The translations under genes and the position numbers were made by a program. A DNA stretch of 64,000 bases from Schmidtea polychroa. Taxonomy: Eukaryota. Under the pieces are notes generated by a model, which saw only the letters and a list, made by a program, of their open reading frames with translations, was not told the origin of the DNA and searched no databases. The stretch lies in assembly GCA_044892525.1 (NCBI GenBank), contig CM097885.1, positions 47,679,727 to 47,743,726 of the forward strand, written 5' to 3'. Positions 12,390 through 23,525 of the stretch are shown here, piece after piece; the stretch's first letter is position 1; each line of letters starts with the position of its first letter.

Positions 12390-12640
12390 CTTATTAAATG
12401 CTACGCAATCAGTAGATATGAAAAATCTACCAGTAGGTTGCTCTTATCGGGGACCAGACGGCTGTACAATTGGACCGGTTGGCCCTTCTAAAAACGTGAA
12501 ACCTTACATTGATAATCTCAAATCTTCTGACGGAAGAATAATTGCTCAACCTATGGCTGGACCACCAGAATTTCAAAATGTGTCTTATCCCAGACAGATG
12601 ACATATCATTTGGCTAATGGGAACGCATTAACAAATAAAG
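12390..12640 (+). CDS. ZDHHC exon (cytoplasmic tail)
   Basis: Follows a 41-nt GT-AG intron; the open frame continues (S)LLNATQS...LTNK; G|gttag donor. Confidence 0.8.
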
Positions 12641-14719
12641 GTTAGAGAAAAATAATATTATATTTGTTTATTATTATTATTAATATTATTTATTGTTATT
12701 TTTAATATTTATATTATTATAATATTATTTTTATTAACAATCAACACTAAAGAAGAAATCAATGAAATCATTAGTTTAATTAGTTGTTATTGACCTTGGG
12801 AATATTTTCTCTTAAAAAATAATAATTTAAAAATAATATAAAAATAACTAGATCAAATTTTTTATGAAACTTTAGAAGTCATTAGAAATAAAAATCAAAA
12901 TATAAAACTTGTTAAAAAATTTTAAATTGTGTATGAAAACTTTATTTTTATCAATGTTTTATGATATTATTTACTAAAAGAAGTTTCTATGAGCTAATTA
13001 TAGAAGGTTTAAAAACTTTTTTTATTGTTTTGTTTTGAATTTTAGAGGATATTTAATTAAAAAGAAATTTTTAAATTCGTCAAAAAAGTTTATTTTTTCA
13101 TCAATGAGAAGTGAGAAAAGGAAATAAAAGAGAATATAAAAAAGCATTTGAAAATAGAAGCAACTGAATTCCAGGTAATTGTAAATGAACATTTTTAAAG
13201 TTGAAAATTCTTTCATTTTATATAATATATACTTCGCGGCAAAGGCTTAAATTATCATTTAAATGTTTAACATTTAATTATTGCTGCTACCAGGAAATCA
13301 TCATTATACATTTTTATTATAATTTTTGTTTATATAATAACAATTATTATTATTATAAGAACATTTTTTCCAATTTCTCCACTGATTTTTTTTCCATTGT
13401 ATTTATTAAAAAAAGAGCTTGAAGATATAAATCAGTAAATATATCGATGTTTATGATATTCACGAATTTTCGTCACTGTATTTTTCAAGTGAATTTTTTT
13501 TATTATTTTTATAATAATTATTTTTAATATTGTTATTAATATAATTATTATTATTTATTGTTATTTTTATTATTTATATTATTATAATATTATTATTATT
13601 ATTTTTATATTATTTTTTGAATTTTTATAATTAATATTATTAAAATTATTTTTAATTTAAATATTTATTATTTTTTATTGTTATTAATATAGCTTAATTA
13701 TTATTATTTTGATTATTTATATTATCATAATATTATTTTATTTTATATAATTATAATATTATTATTTTTATTATTAGTTTTTTTTATTATTTTATTATTT
13801 ATATCGACAGTAGGTTTATTTTCGTCACTGTTTTAGGTCTTAATAATTTATATCTCATAATTCAATAATTCAAAACCTATAAATTTGACTATTTGAACGA
13901 TATATATATTTTACTTTACTTGGTGCGGTTTAAAGCTGTTGTATTCAATCCTTGAATGCTCTTATACTCAATTTGAGTTCTATTTGTCTAGAGATTGAGC
14001 GTAGTTCGTCTTGTAGTTGCTCCATCGTCTGTTCTGCTAAAATTTGTAAAGGTCTAAAAATTGGTCTAAAATAACAGATATTTTAATCATCTAAAGGTTT
14101 CACTGCTTACAAACTCAACACAGAGTTACGGATGTTTTAGACCCCAAATCAGGTTCTGCGTAAATTGAGATCAAGTAATAATTAGAAATATCTAAACATC
14201 GTAAAAGTTACACAATTATATTTTAAAACAAAAACAGATAAAGGTTTTGAGTTTATTTTGTAGTAGCATCGGCATAGAAAATAAACAAACAATTTAATAA
14301 TATTTTTGATCCTGTCTTCAACATTTTAACGTTAAATTAAACTTTTATTTAATTATAATTTTCTCTATATAATAAATTTTTCTTTCAAAGCAAACTGATA
14401 AAAATATATATTTGTGATAAGAAGTATTAAAATTATATTCGCAATATTGGAAAAAAAAATTTATTTATTTTCCCGCGTAAAATCAAAACGCGTAAATCGA
14501 GACATTGGTGTATCGAAATGAAAGGTCTAAGAATTTGGTTACACATCATTTATTTAATTATCACACATAACGCTAAACGATCCTCTACGTTGCGTCTTCT
14601 GGCATATTGAATCGATTCCTGTGGTATGGGCTTCCTGTATCTTCATCGAGCTTTCTCATTGCCCAATTTACACCGAATTGCCGTTACTGGCTATCGATTT
14701 CGACACTTTGACTTGCTTT

Positions 14720-15310
14720 ATTATAGAGATTATTATAGATATTATTATAGATATTATAGATATTATTATAGATATCATTATAGATATTATTATAGATATT
14801 ATTATAGATATCATTATAGATATCATTATAGATATTATTATAGATATTATTATAGATATTATTATAGATATTATTATAGATATTATTATAGATATTATTA
14901 TAGATATTATTATAGATATTATTATAGATATTATTATAGATATTATTATAGATATTATTATAGATATTATTATAGATATTATTATAGATATTATTATAGA
15001 TATTATTATAGATATTATTATAGATATTATTATAGATATTATTATAGATATTATTATAGATATTATTATAGATATTATTATAGATATTATTATAGATATT
15101 ATTATAGATATTATTATAGATATTATTATAGATATTATTATAGATATTATTATAGATATTATTATAGATATTATTATAGATATTATTATAGATATTGTTA
15201 TAGATATTATTATAGATATTGTTATAGATATTATTATAGATATTATTATAGATATTATTATAGATATTATTATAGATATTATTATAGATTTTATCATAGA
15301 TTTTATTACA
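14720..15310. repeat. 12-bp minisatellite (ATTATTATAGAT)n, ~49 units
   Basis: Directly visible; nearly homogeneous core with degenerate edges. Confidence 0.97.
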
Positions 15311-15459
15311 GATAATTTGTGGGACCAATATAAAAGTACAAACAATAGCATTTGATATAATTAGATTTTCCCGGGATGACATTAATTCATACATATATTT
15401 TATATTTTCATTATTTCTGTTTACATTTTACAAAAAAATTTCGTTTCATTTAATTACAG

Positions 15460-15554
15460 ACTTGGAATTTGATGGATCAGTGGAAAATGCTACAATACAT
15501 AATTATGGAACTATGTCATTAGATTCAAATTTCGTTAAAAACGGCGGTAACTGA
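15460..15554 (+). CDS. ZDHHC probable terminal exon
   Basis: tacag| acceptor, phase-1 compatible; (D)LEFDGSVENATIHNYGTMSLDSNFVKNGGN-stop. Confidence 0.65.
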
Positions 15555-15891
15555 TTGAAAATCAGTTAAATGCTGACTGTGATATTTGGCGCCATTTATT
15601 CCATTTCATTACAAGTTTATGAAAAATTATATGGTCATATAATGTATTTTGGCAGTACTTTGACAGTAGATCAATAATTGTGTAAGTATAATTTTAACAT
15701 GGATTTTTGTGACAATCGATGACAATTTATTTTTCACTTTATAGTTTTTATAATATTTTTATTAAAATGATGCTTTGATTTATAATAATAATTTATTTAT
15801 TTATATTTATATTTATTTGGAAATATAGAGAAAATTGTCGATTAATAAATTCGATTAATAGTCTACGTTAAATATAATTGTTTCTCTAAGG

Positions 15892-18712
15892 CAGTGTGGT
15901 CCAGGCTATGTGTCGCGATACTTTTTCAAAAAATGACGAATTCAATTAAGTTTACAGTGGATAAGTTCAATTTTTAAATTCACACTTTCAGTTTTGAACG
16001 TTGAAGTTAAAAAATTTGAATTTCAAAAAAAATCAATATTTTTATGGAGTTTTCATAATTTTATAAAACTAAAAAATCACGTGTTGTTATTATTTATTCA
16101 GATTTAAGTTTAGCCTGTTAAAATGAAGGAGTTTTTAAATTTCAACCCACCACTTGCCCAAAGATCAGCAACAAAACTTGGATATAAAGCATCATTCTTA
16201 GAATTTGGATTCATAACATCCAATAACATTCATCATATACACGATGAATCAATTCCAAAATGTTTTATATGTTTTGCTACTCTTGCAAACGAGTCTATGG
16301 CACCAAATAAGTTACACCGACACTTTGAGACAAACCATCCACAATGCAAGTTCAAGTTGTATGCGACTGTTACTGATACAGGGGTTATCATTGACATTCT
16401 TTCTATCAATTTTGACGTTTTTTCAATCAATTTTGACATTCTTTCAATCAATTTTAAGTTTACGCATGAATCAATGAAACTTTTTTTGCACATTTTGATC
16501 TTGATTACATTCAAATACTGTTCAAATGTATTTTCTTCAGCTCTGGCTCTTTTATTGGAGATCTGACGGCTGATTTTGAGCTTCCTTATATAATTCAGGA
16601 TTTTTCCGTTGAATATGCCTGCCAAGATTTGCCAAATGTTTACCTTTCATTTCATATTTACATTCTGAGCATATATCCTACATCATATACAAATAAATTT
16701 TTCATAAATATCGCAGACATTTATGGATTAAAAAATCAACAATTTTTAAAATAGTAAAATATATTTAAAATTTTAATAATTTAAATGTACTTACTTTATT
16801 TTCCTCAAAACAATTTAAAAATTAAATTTAATATAGAATTAAACAAACAAAAAAACACTTTTAATGACTAATAATGATTATTATTAAACTTTAATCATAG
16901 AAAGTCAAAATTCCAAATAATAATAAAAACAAAAACGTTAGGTAACATTAACGAATACGAAAACTTTAATACTTTTTTGTCCTCTTTATTTTTCTAAAAA
17001 AATTCACAGAATAAATTTTTTAAATTTATGAACCCGAATCTGCATGAGTTTCTGGGTTCAACAAGGTTCGGGTTCATGGTTAAAAAACAACGAACCTGAA
17101 CCTTTTTGGGTTCGGGTTCGGTTTCAGTCTATGATTTTAACAATTACATTCAGCCCATTAAAGGCTAATGATCATATTACATATGATGATAGAAGATGGA
17201 TTATCGAGTCATATATTGATGGAAATAGCGTAGCTACGATTGCAATAATTATGAGGTTCAAAAGGACAACGGTTCATTTTATTATCAAAAAATATAACGA
17301 GTCTGAACTAATCACTAGGAGCCATGAAGATGGTGTACGCCGACAATCTCTTTTTGAATCTCATAAACAGAAGTGCTTGATTTGATTGATGACAATTGCA
17401 CTATCACATTGAATGAAATCAAGAATAAATGCGCTAATAATATGAAATGTGGAGGTTAGTTTACCTACATTGTCGAGGTATATAAGATCATTTTCATATA
17501 CATTCAAAAGAATTCAAAATATTTGAGAGAAAAAATAATGCTTTAAAGCTGTATATGCCAACTCTTTCATGGAGATACTTTCCACGACAGATGATAATAA
17601 CATCATCTTTATTGATGAAGTTGGTTTCAATGTTTCTATGAGAAGGAAAGGAGAAATATCTTTGGTTGGTACATGACCAATCCAAGTTGTTTCGAGCATA
17701 AGATCTAGAAATGTATCTGTATGCCGTGCTATGAATAGGCATGGAATTATTAGTTACAAAGCTCAAACAAGAGCTTATAATTCTGATAGTTTTGTGGAAT
17801 TTATCAAATTTCTGATATCCGAGTTGCAAAGCAGAAACATTCAATCTGCAGTTTTCATCATGGATAATGTTGCTTTCATAAAACTGAAGCAATAAATAGC
17901 ATTTTTTCAGAAAGTGAATGTAGAATATTATTTTTACCACTATACTCGCCATTTCTCAACCAAATTGAGAATATATTTTCAAAGTGGAAACAATTGATTA
18001 GAGCTCAACGAGTTAACATTGAACCCGAATAATTAGCTGCTATTGAAAATATGTGTTTAAATATAACTTCTCAAGATTGTAATGGCTATTACAGACATTT
18101 TTTTGAATTTATCCCAAAATGTTTGAGAAAAGAGGATATTTTTGATGAATAAAAATTATTTTTTGCTTACATATTTATTCATTTTAAATATAATATAGTA
18201 CAATTTTTATAGTAATAATATTTGTTAAAATTGATTGAAAGAATCTTAAAATGTGATGATAACCCCTGTAAGTCAAAGCTTGCAAGCTATAAACTTGCTC
18301 AGCTTTTGGCAAAGAAAAGCAAGTCCCATCGTGATGGAGGAGATATTATTTGCCCTCGTTAATTATTGCTGCTGAGACTGTCCTTGATCAAGAGACTGTT
18401 TAAAAATTCAAACAAATTTTTTTGTCACATCCAAAAATTAACTGCGGATATAACAGAACAGCTCCAAACTCATTTTTCACATGACCAAAATGTATTCAAC
18501 AAAATGTCGTGTTTGCAAATTAATAAGAGCGTCGGCATAAGCAGCAAAGCTCAGTTGACGGCATACTTGTGACTTGTAAGAGATGTAAAAATTATTGAGG
18601 AATACTTTTTTTTGTGATGAATTAAAGGAAAATGCAGCTGGTAAGAATATTTTTGATCTTGTTGATTCTAAAATTGAAGCTCTTAGAATGTCTTGGGAAT
18701 TTTGCATTAGAG
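15892..18712 (+). mobile_element. Degenerate Buster/ZBED5-type hAT split by later insertions
   Basis: BED finger PKCFICFATLANESMAPNKLHRHF at ~16250; the transposase resumes at ~18262 (ASYKLAQLLAKK...IIEEYFFC). Confidence 0.7.
17160..18152 (+). mobile_element. Tc1/IS630-like DD34E transposase pseudogene
   Basis: HTH, FIDEVGF, MDNVAF(H)...YSPFLNQIE; 34 residues between D and E after correcting two frameshifts. Confidence 0.85.
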
Positions 18713-21415
18713 TCTAAGGGATATTTTTAATAAAATGAAGTGATTTAAAAAAGATTTTTGTTTAAATGAAGTGATTATGAAATATTTGTTTAAATATTGT
18801 GCTTCATTATTTATTCTAAATAATTTTTTTTAAATGGTGTATTTTCATTCAAATATTCATTCAAAGAAAAACTCAAGAACTTTTATCGGTTTAAAGGCCA
18901 AAAATAAATTCCTCCCAAAAAATAAATTTTTTGTTATTTCTTTTAAATATAAATAAATTATTTTTTTAATTTTCAATGAAAAAAAATCACTTCATTTAGA
19001 CCAAATAAAATTTAAAAAAGTCACCGAATATTCTCGGAAAATTGTTCTTAAACCAAATATCCAATGGAGCTTAATACTCACTAATAAAAACCAAGCCATT
19101 TTAAGTGTTTATGTTTATTTGGCTTCTGGTTTTTGTCATAAAATTTATGGATTTTCATATGATTTTCGATAAGTGCAAAATTATAACAGAGATAAAATTG
19201 CCAGGACAAAGATTATATAATATTGATTTCTGTATTATTATGCCAGATCATATTCGTTATTGTGATTTTCCACTGGCTAATCTGCCTTTGTAAAGAAATT
19301 TTAAAAAATTGTCAATATTGATATTTAGAGTGCTTAATGCGTATGATCATTGTGTTGATAAATAAACTTTTTGTGTTAAGTTAGATTACGAATTATTTTC
19401 CTAACAACAATTTTAATAACCTGTTATTAGGATCAACAGTTACAACGAAATGGAATTTTGATTAAACATGCAATAGCTCTACTTTTTATTTATTACAATG
19501 AAAACTTCAACAATGAACCAAATTTTTAATCAACTGAAATGATTTTGTCAGCGTTGTACAATGAGTGTTGAGATCGTTTAGTAGTGTCGGATTGGAGGAG
19601 ATAGCGCTTCTTAATTTTCGTAATGCATACTTCTAGGTTCATATTGAAAAGAACCTGTAGCGTTACCAAGTGGTGCGATGCGCGGGAAGGATTTAATGTT
19701 TCACTCGCTCAGAATTATATTTATACTGTCAAAAATAATACAAATTTCTAATATATAATATAAAAGATGCATCGAAGACATAGAAGTGGATAATTCAAAG
19801 GTTCATCCGGAGGCAGTTATGGAATTGCTTAACTAATTTGTTATTAAGACCAACGATCCGTTACACATTGCAAAAGCAAATGCGTTGGGCCTTTCTATTT
19901 TTCACACAGAAAGCAACGAGTTTATGTGGAAACGAATAAATATATATCCAGGGTGGCCAACCTTTTCTTCCATAAGAGCCAATAAACCATAAACTTAAAT
20001 TATGGTGATTTTTACATAATTTTTTTTTAACCAATCAATCATTTAAAAATTTATTTATTATTCGCTATCAAATGTTTCTTTTCTGGGATTGCATTTTGGC
20101 TGCAAATTTCTTTAAACTGGCTTATAATTTGTTAATGTTGTGATGTAATTATAATGGGATATTTGATTTCCCTAATCTTTACCCTATATTATGTAATGCC
20201 TGCATGTGTGATTTATTATTTTTGATTGTCTGGGTCCTCAAATTATGTCACTGATTATTATTTTGGAATAGCCGCCGCACCATCAACGTTTCAAAAACTT
20301 ATGACATTAATAATTGGAGATATGATGTGGAATGAAGCATTAGTCTATTTAGATGACACATTAATCTTTTCGAAAACTATTGAAGAAAAAAAAGAAAGAA
20401 TAAATAAACTTTTCCTTAGAATTAGGAAATCAGGACTAAAAATTAACCCTGAGAAATGCAAGTTCTTAGTATCTGAATTAAAGTTTCTTGGACATATAAT
20501 TAATGAAAAAGGTATCAAAACAGATAATTCTAAGATTGAAACAATTGAAAATGTAAAGCAGATTAATTGTGTGAAACATCTTAGGAGTTTTTTAGGATTG
20601 TGTAATTACAATAGAAAATTTATTCAAAACTACTCAAAAATAGCTAGGCCATTGGAATCTTTGATTGGAGGTAAAAACAAAAATATTTTTGGACATCACA
20701 ATGTGAAAAGGCTTTTGACGAGTTAAAATATATTTTGATCAGTGCACCATTACTATGCCATCCGGATTTTAATAAAACGTTCATTTTAGATACCTATGCT
20801 AGTTTCGATTGTATTGGCGCTGTTTTATCGCAAAGAGATGACAATAATGAAGAAAAGATAATCGCATATGGGTCAAAAAGTATGAATAAACATGAAGTTG
20901 GGTACTGTATAACAAGGAAGGAATTATTATCTGTTTTCCATTTTACACAGCATTTTAAACATTATCTCTACGGGAAAAAATTTATTTTAATAACTGATCA
21001 TAAGGCAATCACATTTATGTTAACTACTAAAAAACCAATTACCGCTCAGTTTCAAAATTGGATAAATTTTCTAAGTAGTTTGGACTTGAAATTAGAATAT
21101 CGCAAAGGTGAGCAACACAATAATGCCGACGCACTATCACGACTGAATATAGGAAATTGCACACAATGTCAGATGAATCATATTGACGCTAAAGCAGAAA
21201 AAATTAAAACTAAAATTTTAGCAATGTCAATAGAAGATCAAACATTTAAATGGCAAAATAATTCTGAAGAAATAATGAAAATAAAAGAAAATATCCAGAA
21301 CGGCAAAACTGAAGATTATTATGTGGACAATGGAATTATTATGACACATAAATATATAGTTAAACATACATGGCAATGATTTAATTATAAGATAACGCCA
21401 ATCAAACATTTTTTT

Positions 21416-21454
21416 CACGATTAATTTCGACAGTTTTCCTGTCATCATCAGGTG
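21416..21454 (-). ncRNA. Minimal type I hammerhead ribozyme (Penelope pLTR), left copy
   Basis: Exact reverse complement of 23487-23525. Confidence 0.8.
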
Positions 21455-21638
21455 GGATATAATACTCATTAAATAAAGGATTTTAAACAAATTTAATTAT
21501 ATATAAAAATTTTTTATTTTATAAAAATATTATTTTTTTAAAAACTTTAACATTTAAAATTTAATTTAATAATTTAAAAATTTTTTTTATCAATTATTTA
21601 ATTTAACACAACAATCAATACATACAATACACAAAAGC

Positions 21639-22777
21639 TTATTTAAAAACACTCAACACACAAGTATTTACAGCATTCTGCACATTAATTTTCGGATTCA
21701 ATGATTTTATCAACAACGCCTCACAAATCACACGTTCCCAATAATTATCAAAGTTTTTTAATAAAATTTTAAAATCAGACATACCTATTTTAATCTTACA
21801 GCCCTTATTGTGCTCACCAATATGGGTCAAAGACTTCGGTCTACAATGTTCTCGAGCTCGAATACAGAGATGACGGGAAGTCTCTCCACTGTATGTGGCA
21901 TTACACCCATTACATGTAAACTGATAAACGAGATCGGAACACAATTCAACCGGAGTCTTTGACTTATTAATAAACATATTGCGTACTTTCCATGAAGTTG
22001 ACACTATCCTATAGTTTAAATTCCCTAACTGCTTTCTTATCTTCACTTTATAATCCTTAAAACCTTCTGAGTACGGCAATACTAACACAAATTTAGGCTC
22101 ATCATCCTTGCTCACACTATTTAATTTATTTAACTCATCAGACTCACACACCTCAACAAAATCACACCCAGATTTTAACTCATCAGACTCACACATCTCA
22201 ACAAGATCACACCCAAAATTTCTCAAACATGGATTCTTAGGACTTTTAATAAATTTGTCAACAGTCTCTTTCACCATAATTACTAAAAAGGATTTTGAAT
22301 AACCATTCTTCATCAACAGTTCAACCAACAGGTCAACACTCTTTACCGAATTTTTAAAAGTAGAAGACAAAGACCATGCACGATAAATCAACCCCTTCAC
22401 CATATTTCTTTTATACTTGAATTCACAAAAACTTTCGGAAGAAGTATAGAGACCAGTATCAGTTGGTTTTCTATAAATCTCTGTCTCATAGTGTTTCTCT
22501 TTGCGTTGAATTAACAAATCCAAGAAAGCAAGCGATGATTTTTTCTCCGTTTCACATGTGAATACAATATTTTTATGTAGACTGTTCATATAATGCAAAA
22601 ACGGGTCAACATGCCTCTGATTTTCAAATATAAGAAATATATCATCCACATACCGTTTATAAACAGTGGGTTTCATACCTTGGAAAGATGCAATTTTCTT
22701 TTCTAAGCTTGTTAAAAAAATTGAAGCCATCGTTGGTGCTAAAGGAGAACCCATAGCAACCCCATCTATTTGTTGAT
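21639..22777 (-). CDS. 5'-truncated Penelope RT plus GIY-YIG endonuclease
   Basis: QIDGVAMGSPLAP, RYVDDIF, YRKPT, LVYQFTCNGCNATY(S/I)GET..L..R..EH, EALLI...P.IN; uninterrupted. Confidence 0.92.
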
Positions 22778-23301
22778 ATTTTGTTGAGGTGTGTGAGTCT
22801 GATGAGTTAAATAAATTAAATAGTGTGAGCAAGGATGATGAGCCTAAATTTGTGTTAGTATTGCCGTACTCAGAAGGTTTTAAGGATTATAAAGTGAAGA
22901 TAAGAAAGCAGTTAGGGAATTTAAACTATAGGATAGTGTCAACTTCATGGAAAGTACGCAATATGTTTATTAATAAGTCAAAGACTCCGGTTGAATTGTG
23001 TTCCGATCTCGTTTATCAGTTTACATGTAATGGGTGTAATGCCACATACATTGGAGAGACTTCCCGTCATCTCTGTATTCGAGCTCGAGAACATTGTAGA
23101 CCGAAGTCTTTGACCCATATTGGTGAGCACAATAAGGGCTGTAAGATTAAAATAGGTATGTCTGATTTTAAAATTTTATTAAAAAACTTTGATAATTATT
23201 GGGAACGTGTGATTTGTGAGGCGTTGTTGATAAAATCATTGAATCCGAAAATTAATGTGCAGAATGCTGTAAATACTTGTGTGTTGAGTGTTTTTAAATA
23301 A
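22778..23301 (+). CDS. Inverted duplicate of the Penelope GIY-YIG endonuclease region
   Basis: Identical to the C-terminus of the minus-strand ORF except YIGET versus YSGET. Confidence 0.9.
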
Positions 23302-23486
23302 GCTTTTGTGTATTGTATGTATTGATTGTTGTGTTAAATTAAATAATTGATAAAAAAAAATTTTTAAATTATTAAATTAAATTTTAAATGTTAAAGTTTT
23401 TAAAAAAATAATATTTTTATAAAATAAAAAATTTTTATATATAATTAAATTTGTTTAAAATCCTTTATTTAATGAGTATTATATCC

Positions 23487-23525
23487 CACCTGATGATGAC
23501 AGGAAAACTGTCGAAATTAATCGTG
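23487..23525 (+). ncRNA. Minimal type I hammerhead ribozyme (Penelope pLTR), right copy
   Basis: CAC-CTGATGA-T-GACAG-gaaaa-CTGTC-GAAA-TTAA-TC-GTG: complete core, 5-bp stem II, palindromic stem III, AUC triplet. Confidence 0.82.

Noticed and set aside
14621..15394. Four overlapping repeat-protein ORFs (IIID, YYRY, IIIS, NNIY)
   Set aside because: Artefact of a 12-bp satellite lying in an intron; no splice or domain support.
17160..18152. Bacterial IS630 contamination or recent horizontal transfer
   Set aside because: Decayed, same base composition as the host, nested in a eukaryotic hAT; the origin cannot be judged without a phylogeny.
22130..22215. CTGATGA motifs in the 45-bp Penelope linker repeat as extra hammerheads
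   Set aside because: No stem II or GAAA follows; the sequence encodes SDE.
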